Positions 28,177 to 38,073 are shown, numbered from the stretch's first letter. The stretch: DNA of 64,000 nt from Chitinivibrionales bacterium (GCA_038247415.1 JBBRUX010000020.1:1-64000); one strand, 5' to 3'. The notes: generated from the letters alone by a model not told the origin. Translations and numbers: made by a program.

Positions 28177-29508
28177 ATGAAAACACCACGGATCTGCGTT
28201 GTAGAAGACGATGAGTCTACACTCTTTGGCTATCAGCAGTATCTCATAGAGGCGGGCTTCTCTGTTTCTACTGCGGCCTCGCTATTGGCGGCTAAAAAGT
28301 TGGTTGCTCTCGAAGAGTTTGATGGCATCCTCCTGGACAACCAACTCCCCGATGGAAACTCCCTGGATTGGATTGAGGAACTGCGTAAGGAATTTGGGAG
28401 CCTCTCAATAATAGTCATCACTGGATCTGGCGATATCGCCACCGCAGTACGCGCCATGCAATTAGGCGCCGATGATTTTCTTGCCAAACCTGTCCGTTTA
28501 GAAGTTCTTGCGGTTTCGCTGCAAAAGAGCTTAGAGCTTGGTGGCTTTCGAAAGCAAAATATAATTCGCCAAAAACTTGCCGAAAAAGAAACCGGATTTT
28601 TTGGTACAAGCCAAAAGATGGTCGAAATTATGGATCTGGCTCGAGTGGCCGCAGAGTCGGAAACCGACGTTGTACTCTTTGGCGAAACCGGAACCGGCAA
28701 GGGGGTTCTTGCTAAATGGATTCATAATCATAGCTCTCGGAAAGCAGGCGCATTTGTTGAGCTGAACTGCTCAACACTTAAAGGGGATCTTTTGCGCAGC
28801 GAGCTGTATGGTCATACCCGTGGAGCATTTACTAGTGCGCTTAAGGATCGCGAAGGCCTTGTGGAAGCAGCAGACGGCGGGACTCTGTTCCTTGATGAAA
28901 TAGGGGATATGGGTATTGAAGTTCAAGCGCAACTTCTCAAAACGTTAGAAGAAAAGACATTCAGAAGAATTGGCGAAAACCGTTTGCGAACAAGCGATTT
29001 TCGGCTTATTTGCGCCACCAATAGCGACCTTGCCAAAGCCCAAGACGATGGCACCTTCCGCAAAGATTTGTATTATCGGATCTGTGTTTTTCCTATAACC
29101 CTGCCCGCACTGCACGAACGAAAAGAAGATATCCCCGGGCTTGCAGAGCATCTACTCAAACAGGCGGGCTATGCGTATCCTCATTTGTCTACAGCAGTTC
29201 TTGAGTTTTTGACAAATTATCCGTGGGATGGCAATATTCGAGAGTTGCGCAATATCCTCGAACGAGCAGGCCTTCTCGCACGCCGAAAAGAATTGACCTT
29301 ACACCACTTTCCAAGTCTTACCGACGCAGCACTATTGCAAGCAGAAATAAGCGTCAACTGGAAGATCGAAGAATTCGAATTGATGCATATTCACAAAGCA
29401 CTCGACTATTACGGCGGCGACAAAAACCGCGCCTGCGAGGCCTTGGGCTTGTCACTTTCTGCATTGTATAGGCGGTTGGAAAAAGCGCCCAAGGGGCCAA
29501 AAGATTGA
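28177..29508 (+). CDS. NtrC-family sigma54-dependent response regulator (REC-AAA+-Fis HTH)
   Basis: VVEDD, ILLDNQLPD, GETGTGK, SELYGHTRGAFTSA, LFLDEIG, FRKDLYYR, WDGNIREL, LGLSLSALYRRL. Confidence 0.93.
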   Translation: MKTPRICVVEDDESTLFGYQQYLIEAGFSVSTAASLLAAKKLVALEEFDGILLDNQLPDGNSLDWIEELRKEFGSLSIIVITGSGDIATAVRAMQLGADDFLAKPVRLEVLAVSLQKSLELGGFRKQNIIRQKLAEKETGFFGTSQKMVEIMDLARVAAESETDVVLFGETGTGKGVLAKWIHNHSSRKAGAFVELNCSTLKGDLLRSELYGHTRGAFTSALKDREGLVEAADGGTLFLDEIGDMGIEVQAQLLKTLEEKTFRRIGENRLRTSDFRLICATNSDLAKAQDDGTFRKDLYYRICVFPITLPALHERKEDIPGLAEHLLKQAGYAYPHLSTAVLEFLTNYPWDGNIRELRNILERAGLLARRKELTLHHFPSLTDAALLQAEISVNWKIEEFELMHIHKALDYYGGDKNRACEALGLSLSALYRRLEKAPKGPKD

Positions 29509-29560
29509 AATCCTTTGGGAAGTGAGATTGCCTGCACACGATTAGATGATTAGGTGATTT

Positions 29561-29776
29561 CCACCAATCTGCACCCCAGAAGAATTGATGGAGGATTAAC
29601 TATGATGCACGATCCAAATAATTGAAGAAGCTAGAAAATTTCGAGATGAGCATGCAAAGCAGTTTAATTATGATTTAGACCTGATCATCAAAGATATCAG
29701 AACGGAACAAATTAAGCATAGCTATAAAATTATCACAAGACCTCCTCAAAAGTATCTTAAGTCAACAGGCACTTGA
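29561..29776 (+). pseudogene. Relic of a PIN-domain toxin C-terminus plus frameshifted small partner gene
   Basis: PPICTPEELMED* then, after a GGAGG RBS, MMHDP(+1 A)IIEEARKFRDEHAKQFNYDLDLIIKDIRTEQ...STGT*. Confidence 0.6.
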
Positions 29777-29938
29777 TAATTGCTAGCAGTGTATATCTTC
29801 CTTTTAATTCAGCAGGCGCTCAAGAGTTACTTCGGGCTCTACCCAGCGCCGAAATGTATAAAACGAACCCCGTACGTCAAATAAATGTTTCCGGTTAATC
29901 ACACGAATCAACGGTGCAGACAAGGGCATTGCCTCCTC

Positions 29939-30712
29939 CTAACCTCCCGCAAGACCAAAAAGCTTTTTGCAATTCCGTGTTGTTGCATCCGCAATTTCTT
30001 CAAAAGAAGTGTTTCTGAGAAGGGCTATTTCCTGGCAGATATGCTTAACGTTTGCTGGCTCAGAAAATAATGGTTGTGGAGTACCGTAAAGAGGTAGTGC
30101 TGGCGCGTCGGATTCTATAAGAAGGTGGTTGAGGGAAACTGCTTGTGCACTTTGTCTGGCGCGTGAATGCGTTGGATGAGTGATACTTCCGCCAAAGGAA
30201 ATATAAAAACCCAGGCGCTCGAAGCGGGGAATAAGCTGCGGTGAGCCTGACCACGCGTGAATGAGGCCTTGCAGATTTCCTTGTGTATATTTTTCGATGA
30301 TGTCAAGCAGTGGGCCAAACGCCTGCCGGCAATGAATTGACACGGGGCGTTTATAGGCTATGGCCAGATTAAGCTGTTCGCAAAATACCTCTTTTTGGAT
30401 GTGCATGGGAATATTTGGCATTTGATTGTCGAGGCCAATTTCCCCTACCCCGGCATGAGGAAATTGAAGAAGTTTTTTTTCTAGAGTTTTTTCCCACGAA
30501 GAAGAGCGCTGCATAACAAACCACGGATGTAAACCAAAACTTGGGTAGAGAGAGTTCTGCTGGTTTGCTAAATCTGCTATTTCCTGCCAGTCGTGTTCCC
30601 CTTCACCGCAACAGACAGCGTGCGTGACGTCAACGTTTGCGGCATGCGCAAGCGCTTGTGTGGGTGGCAGGTACTGTTTTAAATCTTGAAGGTGGCAATG
30701 AGCATCGATCAT
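29939..30712 (-). CDS. tatD: TatD-family hydrolase
   Basis: IDAHCHL, GLHPW, VGEIGLD, IHCR, HAWSGS, IESDAP. Confidence 0.92.
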   Translation of the reverse strand: MIDAHCHLQDLKQYLPPTQALAHAANVDVTHAVCCGEGEHDWQEIADLANQQNSLYPSFGLHPWFVMQRSSSWEKTLEKKLLQFPHAGVGEIGLDNQMPNIPMHIQKEVFCEQLNLAIAYKRPVSIHCRQAFGPLLDIIEKYTQGNLQGLIHAWSGSPQLIPRFERLGFYISFGGSITHPTHSRARQSAQAVSLNHLLIESDAPALPLYGTPQPLFSEPANVKHICQEIALLRNTSFEEIADATTRNCKKLFGLAGG

Positions 30713-30727
30713 GTTGATCGCCTTGCA

Positions 30728-32605
30728 TTACACAGGTTTTTTATGAGCCGCAAATTGAATAGAATGAAAGTGGGTATAGCGTTTGCCAAGAGCCAGAAGT
30801 TCTTCGTGCGTTCCTTGTTCGGAGATTACCCCTTTGTCGAGTACAAGAATTTTATTGGCATTGCGAATTGTCGAGAGCCTGTGGGCAACTACAAGGACCG
30901 TTCGATCTTTCATGAGATTGTCGATAGCATGTTGCACCAAGCGTTCCGATTCTGTATCGAGCGCACTCGTGGCTTCGTCAAGAATGAGAATGGGCGGATT
31001 GCGCAGCAGGGCACGTGCTATGGCGAGTCGTTGACATTGGCCACCAGAGAGCATCACGCCGCGCTCGCCAATATTGGTATGGACTTTATTGGGAAGTTTG
31101 TCGATAAATTCTACTGCATTTGCCATTTCGGCAGCCTTCATGACCGCTTCTTCCGATGCTTTGTGGCCATAGGCGATATTGTTGAAAACGGTGTCGTTAA
31201 AGAGGAATGTTCCCTGGCTTACGATACCAAAGAGTTGACGTAAACCAACAAGATCACAGGAGCGCACATCGATTCCGTCAATAGAAATGGAGCCTTTTTC
31301 TATTTCATAAAAACGAGGCACCAGATCGAATATGGTTGTTTTTCCACTGCCGCTGGCGCCAACCAAAGCAACAACATTTCCCTTGGGAATGCTAAATGAA
31401 ATATCGTGAAGCACAACATCTTCGCACCCGGGATAGGTAAACGTCACATTCGCGAATGAAATGTCTTTCGTAAATGATGGGACGTTTTCTTCTTTGAACG
31501 TAACCAGATGTTCGGGTTTAGAATCGATAACGGCAAAAATGCGCTCTGCTGCTGCCAAACCATTTTGCAGGGAATTATTGATTCCGCCAATGGCTTTGAG
31601 AGGCTGATAGGTATAAATGAGTATAAATAGATAGCGGGTAAAGTCGTCGGCACTCATACCATGCCCCATAAGAACCTGGCTTCCACCATACCACAATAAA
31701 GCAGCAGCAACGAGCAGCCCAAATACTTCGGTGATAGGAGCATTGAGCGCGCCACTGCGCACTTGCTTAAATGAGTTCTTAGTATATTGCTGATTTTCGG
31801 CATTAAATTTAGCCGATTCAGCCTCATTCATATTAAACATTTTTACAGCACGAATTCCGGTTACGGTTTCTTGTAACACAGAATAAACACCGGAGATATT
31901 TTCAAAAGCGCGTTTGCTGCGACGACGAACCGATTTTCCAATCGCAACGATAATCAACGTGAGGATAGGGAGAATGAGAATCACCAGAAGAGACATTTTC
32001 CAGTTGATCCAAAAAAGGAGCGTCCAAAATACAACCAAGCGAATTGGCTCGGTGATCATTTTGCTTAACGTATTGGTAAGTGCCGAATTGACTCCGCCAA
32101 CATCATTCATGATTTTGGAGATAATCTCGCCAGATCGATTACGGTCGTAGTAGGAAACAGGAAGTCTTAGAACGTGGGTATATAAAGCATTACGTAAATC
32201 TTTAACCATTTCGAGATTCATGAATGCAAGTAAGAGCGAGTTGACATAAATGAATATATTTTTGCAGAGAAAGGTAATAACGAGAATGATGCAAACCCGC
32301 GAGAGCGTCTCTACGGGTGTGCTTGCCTGAGTAAGTCGGGCAATGCATGCTTTAAGAAAGAGATTTGCATTATTTACAAATGCATCGAGGTTGAGATGTG
32401 TGGTAACGGATGTGATTGCCGCTTGTTGTTCTGGTTTAAAGAGCGTTTGAATGAGGGTTGTAACAATCCACAATGTTCCGCTTTCAAAAATGACGATAAG
32501 CAACGAAAAAATAATCGAAAGCACAAAAAGCGGCATATACGGCTGCAAAAAAGCAAACATGCGGAAGTAAAGGCGTCGTGAAGATTGTTTTTTCATAAAT
32601 TTCAA
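30728..32605 (-). CDS. msbA: ABC exporter, MsbA-like (TMD+NBD)
   Basis: GASGSGKT, LSGGQ.QRLAIARA, ILDEATSALD. Confidence 0.8.
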   Translation of the reverse strand: MKFMKKQSSRRLYFRMFAFLQPYMPLFVLSIIFSLLIVIFESGTLWIVTTLIQTLFKPEQQAAITSVTTHLNLDAFVNNANLFLKACIARLTQASTPVETLSRVCIILVITFLCKNIFIYVNSLLLAFMNLEMVKDLRNALYTHVLRLPVSYYDRNRSGEIISKIMNDVGGVNSALTNTLSKMITEPIRLVVFWTLLFWINWKMSLLVILILPILTLIIVAIGKSVRRRSKRAFENISGVYSVLQETVTGIRAVKMFNMNEAESAKFNAENQQYTKNSFKQVRSGALNAPITEVFGLLVAAALLWYGGSQVLMGHGMSADDFTRYLFILIYTYQPLKAIGGINNSLQNGLAAAERIFAVIDSKPEHLVTFKEENVPSFTKDISFANVTFTYPGCEDVVLHDISFSIPKGNVVALVGASGSGKTTIFDLVPRFYEIEKGSISIDGIDVRSCDLVGLRQLFGIVSQGTFLFNDTVFNNIAYGHKASEEAVMKAAEMANAVEFIDKLPNKVHTNIGERGVMLSGGQCQRLAIARALLRNPPILILDEATSALDTESERLVQHAIDNLMKDRTVLVVAHRLSTIRNANKILVLDKGVISEQGTHEELLALGKRYTHFHSIQFAAHKKPV

Positions 32606-32760
32606 GCGTGTAAAAGTATGTGGGGGCCAAAAATTTTGGGACTCTTAGGTATACGCTCTGTGCGCGCAGTGAACTATAAGTAATCGTCATAATACGGGAT
32701 GCGCATCATAAAAATGAGGGAGTAAAATACGTTGTGGAGGGGCAGGGCGTAAAGAAATGC

Positions 32761-32961
32761 CTAAATGGACACTTCTTCACGAACTTGATCGTCAAATACG
32801 GGCGCTATCTCATCAACAATTTTTTGCAGGATTTGCTCGGTGAAGAAGGTTCGATTATGGATTCTGGATTTTAAATCGGTTACGTAGCGGCGTTGTGCAT
32901 CCGATTCCATCCAGAGAAAGCGGCCTTTTCGGACATTGGGGTTGTCGTGATGTGATTTCAT
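32761..32961 (-). CDS. Small protein resembling the FlgM anti-sigma28 C-terminal domain
   Basis: RRYVTDLKSRIHNRTFFTEQILQKIVDEI; sigma28-like promoter upstream. Confidence 0.55.
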   Translation of the reverse strand: MKSHHDNPNVRKGRFLWMESDAQRRYVTDLKSRIHNRTFFTEQILQKIVDEIAPVFDDQVREEVSI

Positions 32962-33019
32962 AGGTCATCCATGAGAAAGTGATGTGGCATCCTTGCCTTG
33001 TAACTGGTCTACCTATTGA

Positions 33020-33047
33020 TTATCGGCTCGTGGTATTTTGCGCTTGA
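33020..33047 (-). promoter_or_regulatory. Sigma28 (FliA/SigD)-type promoter
   Basis: TCAA-N16-GCCGATAA about 60 nt upstream of the small gene. Confidence 0.7.
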
Positions 33048-33258
33048 GGATTTTGTTCACGTAATATCCATCGAACAATGATGTAGCGAAACGTAGGCAC
33101 ATCGATACTCTCACAGAATAGACAGGGAAAGGGACGTGCATCGATAATTCAAACCATTTTAAATCAAACGATTGCATTTTAAAATCCTCTCTGCTATACT
33201 TAAGCTTGAGACGATCTGAGTTATGCACCACTAGGGCTTATGGGTGTCGGGAGTTTTC

Positions 33259-34443
33259 ATGGTTCGTTATTTATTATCAGATGTAACAGACGATATGATT
33301 TTGGGGCAATCGATTTTTACCCCTAATGGGGATCTCTTATTGGCAGCGGGGTATCAGGTTACTGCCCTGTATCGTAAAAGGCTTGCAGAAATAGGAATCG
33401 AAACGATATTCATTGAGGTTGAGGGTACCGAAAGCGTTCGCGCCGAAACGGTAATTTCCGATCATGTGCAGCGGGAAATGTCTATTTCTTTTAGCAAATC
33501 TGTCACCGAATTGACAAATGTTTTTTCCTACAAGAAAATGACCCGTAAAACTGTGAAGGATAGTGTTAAAGCCAATAAAAACGAACTCGAACGCCTTGTG
33601 ATGAATTCGGGAATTGCAAATGCCCTCGAAAAATTTATCGATGAAATTCTTAATCAATCGGCAGTGGTACTTAATTTATCGGCAATTGACAAGCACGGTA
33701 GTTCCTTTTTTCAACATTCCATTAATGTCACGATTATTTCTTTGTGTTTGGGGCGCAAATTTAGGCTCTCGTACGAGGAAATGAAGCAATTAGGCATGGG
33801 CGCACTCAATTACGATTTGGGTCTGGTTGCGGTTCCTAAGGAAATACTGGAAAGCCCCGGGCCTCTGTCACATGATGATGCGGTGACCCTTGCGCAACAT
33901 ACCGTTTTTGGGCATTTGATGCTCTCGGCTAATCCGGCTATTCCACCAACAAGCTCCGCTGTGGCGCTCCAACATCACGAATGCCAAGATGGAAGCGGGT
34001 ATCCCCGTGGCATTAAAGGCGAAAATAGACCACCGCTCAAAGATTTTTCACGCAAGAATGTTATCCACCGGTTTTCTGAAATAGTTGCCGTTGCCGATGC
34101 GTATGATATGTTAACTATAGGCAGATTGCATTACTCGGAAAGGCGTTCTGTAAAGGATTCCCTGCGTGCGATAATTATGCAAAGTGGCAAAACGCTCAAT
34201 AGCGAAGTTGTTAAAATGCTTACTACCATTGTTCCGCTGTATCCTGTTGGAACTCGCATACGGGTTATTAATGCACCGGTTCCGCAACTCTTTGGATTTT
34301 GTGGCGTGGTTGCAAAAGAAAACACGGTTAATCTCGATGAACCCCAGATTATACTTTACGAATCGAAAAGTCACCAGAAAATTAAGCCCGTGCTGATCGA
34401 CATGTCGTTGCATAAAGGCTTCGTTTTAGAATTGTTGCCATAA
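33259..34443 (+). CDS. HD-GYP domain protein with degenerate HD motif (YD)
   Basis: HSINV, ALNYDLG, QHHECQDGSGYPRG, VAVADAYD, YPVGT; start placed at MVRYL. Confidence 0.85.
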   Translation: MVRYLLSDVTDDMILGQSIFTPNGDLLLAAGYQVTALYRKRLAEIGIETIFIEVEGTESVRAETVISDHVQREMSISFSKSVTELTNVFSYKKMTRKTVKDSVKANKNELERLVMNSGIANALEKFIDEILNQSAVVLNLSAIDKHGSSFFQHSINVTIISLCLGRKFRLSYEEMKQLGMGALNYDLGLVAVPKEILESPGPLSHDDAVTLAQHTVFGHLMLSANPAIPPTSSAVALQHHECQDGSGYPRGIKGENRPPLKDFSRKNVIHRFSEIVAVADAYDMLTIGRLHYSERRSVKDSLRAIIMQSGKTLNSEVVKMLTTIVPLYPVGTRIRVINAPVPQLFGFCGVVAKENTVNLDEPQIILYESKSHQKIKPVLIDMSLHKGFVLELLP

Positions 34444-34505
34444 ATTCTGATTTTTCTTTGATAAATTCGGTATGTATATTTTTACGCGGGTAAATTTTTA
34501 CGTGA

Positions 34506-35852
34506 TTGATGGGAGCTTCATTTTTGTTTAAACCTACATTTCATGGTGGGATCCTGCTCGAGGGCAACAAGGCTGATACCATTGGTTTACCCGCCGTGTT
34601 GGTTCCTGCCCCAGAACGGCTCTTTGTTTCGTTGCTTCAGCATCAAGGAACCCCTGCGAACTCGGTAGTTTCTACAGGTGACCATCTCCTTATGGGGCAA
34701 CCTATCGCAGCTTCGGGTAATGGGTTGAGCGCGCCGGTGCATTCTCCGGTATCGGGTATTGTTAAATCGGTTGGCCCCCGTTTGCATCCTCATGGAATGC
34801 CTGTCGAATGCGTCGAAATCGAAAACGATGGCAAGGATACATGGTTTGATCATTTTGGGCTCGTGAGACCATTTCGCGAAGCCGCCCCAGGAGAAATTCT
34901 CAATTTGCTAGGATCTCTTGGTGTTGTTGGTCTTGGCGGACAAGGATATCCAACCCAGCACAAACTCTCTTTTTCGGCAGGATGTAAAGCCGATACGCTT
35001 ATTGTAAATGCAATTGAATCCGAACCGTTCTGCGTTGCCGATCAACGACTTGTTATAGAAAAAACCGAATCGGTACTCACCGGAGTTCAAATAGCCCGCA
35101 AAATTGTGGGCGCAAAAAACGTTATTATTGCCGTTACGTCGACAGCAGGAGAAACCATAAAGGCTCTTGTGGCATGCTTAAGCGACGAACGATTCAAAGA
35201 TATATCACTTGTGAAGCTTAAGCCTCGGTATCCCCAGGGAAACGAACGTCAGCTTGTTGTAAAGATTTTATCACGCGAGATTCCTGCAGGTGGCACTCCT
35301 ATCGACGTGGGCTGTGCAGTGTGCAATGTTGCTACGCTATTTGCTATCTATCAAGCTATTATCGATGGTACACCAGTAATCGATAGGTACATAACCGTTG
35401 CCGGCACAGGTGTTGCCAGGCCGGGTGCTTACCGTGTGCGAATTGGAACGCCTATTTCTACTATTCTTGAATGTGCAGGATACGATGGCCATAATCCAGA
35501 AAAGATTATATGTGGCGGATTATTACGGGGTGCTGCTCAATCCGATAGGGGAGTTCCTGTTATCAAAACCACAACGTCAATCATGGTAACCGATGTTTCC
35601 TATCCTGCGATAGCACAATCGGCGTGTATCAGTTGTGGCTATTGCGTGCAAAGCTGCCCATCACGGCTTGTTCCCTCCGAAATTGCACGGCTTGTTTTGG
35701 CAGGGCGCTACGAAGCTTTGCCATCGCTGTATGTTGATGGTTGTATCGAATGTGGATGCTGCGCCTATGTGTGTCCTTCTCGCATAAATTTGCTTCATTG
35801 CATGAAGCTTGCTAAACATACCTTGACTCATTCACCTGTGCAGGCAGAATAA
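34506..35852 (+). CDS. rnfC: Rnf complex subunit C
   Basis: TFHGG, PVHSPVSG.V, GVVGLGG.GYPT, YPQG.E, CISCGYC...CP and CIECGCCAYVCPS. Confidence 0.9.
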   Translation: MMGASFLFKPTFHGGILLEGNKADTIGLPAVLVPAPERLFVSLLQHQGTPANSVVSTGDHLLMGQPIAASGNGLSAPVHSPVSGIVKSVGPRLHPHGMPVECVEIENDGKDTWFDHFGLVRPFREAAPGEILNLLGSLGVVGLGGQGYPTQHKLSFSAGCKADTLIVNAIESEPFCVADQRLVIEKTESVLTGVQIARKIVGAKNVIIAVTSTAGETIKALVACLSDERFKDISLVKLKPRYPQGNERQLVVKILSREIPAGGTPIDVGCAVCNVATLFAIYQAIIDGTPVIDRYITVAGTGVARPGAYRVRIGTPISTILECAGYDGHNPEKIICGGLLRGAAQSDRGVPVIKTTTSIMVTDVSYPAIAQSACISCGYCVQSCPSRLVPSEIARLVLAGRYEALPSLYVDGCIECGCCAYVCPSRINLLHCMKLAKHTLTHSPVQAE

Positions 35853-35853
35853 T

Positions 35854-36870
35854 ATGCAGCAACCAATAACACCACTTATGCATGTGTCAACTGGTCCCCA
35901 TGTCAGGGATCCGCTCACCGTATCCTCTATGATGCTGTGGGTGTTCATTGCCCTCGTACCTGCAATTATCGCAGCAGGGTGCGTGTTTGGAATGTCGGCG
36001 CTTCTGGTTCTTTTTACAACAACTGCCACTGCAGTTAGTGCCGATTTTCTTATCGTTTCTATGCGCGCAAAAAAAATAATGTTTTCTGAGGCCAGTTCCG
36101 CGGTTACGGGTCTTCTGCTCGGGCTTATGCTTCCTGCATCTACGCCGCTTGGTGTTGCGTGCGTGGGGTCGCTCTTTGCCATAATTGTTGTCAAGCAAGC
36201 GTTTGGTGGAATGGGTCGCAATTTTATCAATCCGGCACTTGCAGGGCGACTCTTTATTGCAGTGTGCTATCCCCATGCCCTTGCGACACCGTCGTTTCCC
36301 CTGATAGGTTCACTTGACGGCATAGATGGAACCAGTATGGCAACACCGCTTGCGCATATGAAAGCTCTTGTATCGCATCAGGGTTTTTTGCCCTTGGAAT
36401 ATGCCGATGTGCTCAATCAGCTTTTGTGGGGCACCGTTGGAGGCTGCATTGGGTCAACCTCTACCATTGCTATTCTTTGTGGCGGTGCCATTCTTGTCTA
36501 TCGGCGTATTATATCGATACGAGTACCGCTGCTGCTTATTTCTACTGTATTTATTGTGTTCTTCTTGGCAAATACTGCCGGTTCGCTTTTGTCGTCGGAA
36601 GCGCTTATTGTACCCTTCTATGAAATTATGAGCGGTGGGGTTATGTTTGCAGCTTTTTTCATAGCCACCGATCCGGTGACCACGCCGCTTTCGCGCTCTG
36701 GAAAAGTCTTTTTTGCGGTATCAATAGGATTATTGATTGCTGCAATTAGGCTCTTGAGTAATGCCGTAGATGGGATCTGTTTTGCAATTCTCTTTATGAA
36801 TTGCCTGGTTCCTCTTATCAATCGATTCTCTCGTCCCAGACCATACGGAAGGAAGGGCCTCATTGGCTGA
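35854..36870 (+). CDS. rnfD: Rnf complex subunit D
   Basis: SAVTGLLL, KQAFGGMGRN..NPA, SMATPL (FMN-Thr), ATDPVT. Confidence 0.92.
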   Translation: MQQPITPLMHVSTGPHVRDPLTVSSMMLWVFIALVPAIIAAGCVFGMSALLVLFTTTATAVSADFLIVSMRAKKIMFSEASSAVTGLLLGLMLPASTPLGVACVGSLFAIIVVKQAFGGMGRNFINPALAGRLFIAVCYPHALATPSFPLIGSLDGIDGTSMATPLAHMKALVSHQGFLPLEYADVLNQLLWGTVGGCIGSTSTIAILCGGAILVYRRIISIRVPLLLISTVFIVFFLANTAGSLLSSEALIVPFYEIMSGGVMFAAFFIATDPVTTPLSRSGKVFFAVSIGLLIAAIRLLSNAVDGICFAILFMNCLVPLINRFSRPRPYGRKGLIG

Positions 36871-37477
36871 TTTTATTAAACGATGTGCCATCCTGCTTGC
36901 AATAGGCTGGTCGCTCTCACTTCTTGTGGTATGTGCAACATGGGCGGTTTCGCATCAAAAACCTCGCGGGCTTTCGCCCCACGACGAAGTTTTTCAGAGC
37001 TTAATTGATACGAAGACAACGCTGCTCTCGCATCAGTATGATACGGGTGCAGGAAATATGCTTGTGTATTGGACCGAAGAAACAAACGGCGAGATCTCTG
37101 CGTATATTTTTGATGTGTGCGGGAAGGGGTACAATAGTCCCCTCCGGTGCCTTGTAAAAGTTGATCCAAATGGGCGTGTGCAGGGGATAGGGTGTCTGGC
37201 GCAGCAAGAAGGGGTTGGGTATGGCTATATTGCTTCGTTGCCTGCGGTTTTGCCTCTTTTGACAATGTGGAAATCTATTTCTATTGTTAATCCTATTATT
37301 GTAGAAACGCGCATGGGCGGCTACGAAAATTGCGAAGCTTCCATGGTGTCGGCATTGCTTCATAGCAATTCTGTTGCAGCTATAAGTGGTGCAACAAAAA
37401 CAACACAGGGCATTGCATCAATGCTTTCTACAACCGTTGCCTCATGTTTCTATAAAGTTAAGGGATTACCACTATGA
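36863..37477 (+). CDS. rnfG: Rnf complex subunit G (FMN-binding)
   Basis: N-terminal TM, GKGY, AISGATKT; operon position. Confidence 0.75.
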   Translation: MADFIKRCAILLAIGWSLSLLVVCATWAVSHQKPRGLSPHDEVFQSLIDTKTTLLSHQYDTGAGNMLVYWTEETNGEISAYIFDVCGKGYNSPLRCLVKVDPNGRVQGIGCLAQQEGVGYGYIASLPAVLPLLTMWKSISIVNPIIVETRMGGYENCEASMVSALLHSNSVAAISGATKTTQGIASMLSTTVASCFYKVKGLPL

Positions 37478-38073
37478 AGGATCTCTTTAAAAATGGATTA
37501 ATCTTGCACCATCCGCTTTTTTCTGCGGGTGCGGGTATGTGTATTCTTTTGGGGATAAGCCGTCGCATGGATGATGCGATTCTTGGCGGATGCGCTGTAA
37601 CGCTTGTTCTTATGGTAAGTAGCTTTTTTTCGGCGCTTACACTCCGGTTTGCATCTGCAGCTCTGCAGCGCACAGCAGTATTTATTGTGACTGCAGGTTT
37701 TTCTATCATAGTGCTCTGCTTTTTTGCCGTCTGGTATCCCATGGCATTTGGCAGGATCGAGTTGTACTTAACCATTATTGGCGTTGACACGCTTGTTATT
37801 TCAACAACACTCGGTGCGATTAAAAAAACTAATCCCGTGTATGCTGCATTTGAAGGATTGCTTATTGGCATTGGCTTTATTGTAATTGCTGCACTGTGTG
37901 GTGCACTGCGTGAGTATCTTGGTTCTAATTCGTTTATGGGTGAAAAGCTTTCTGGTGCCGAGGGCATTCTGCCAATTGCTCGCACGGTGCCTGGGGCATT
38001 TTTTACGTGTGCGCTTTTGTGCATTGTGTTCCGTATACTAGATACGCGTATTATAAAGGGGAAAAGCACATGA
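37474..38073 (+). CDS. rnfE: Rnf complex subunit E, divergent
   Basis: FKNGL, GMC, GALREYLG, PGAFF; operon position. Confidence 0.8.
   Translation: MKDLFKNGLILHHPLFSAGAGMCILLGISRRMDDAILGGCAVTLVLMVSSFFSALTLRFASAALQRTAVFIVTAGFSIIVLCFFAVWYPMAFGRIELYLTIIGVDTLVISTTLGAIKKTNPVYAAFEGLLIGIGFIVIAALCGALREYLGSNSFMGEKLSGAEGILPIARTVPGAFFTCALLCIVFRILDTRIIKGKST

Noticed and set aside
28795..28845. GAFTSA as evidence of an inactive sigma54 activator
   Set aside because: The sigma54-contacting Phe and Thr are retained and the other AAA+ motifs are intact; one substitution does not establish loss of function.
1..29900. Active mobile element (prophage, ICE, IS)
   Set aside because: No integrase, transposase, phage gene, tRNA or att repeat recognised; island status rests on cargo, relics and composition only.
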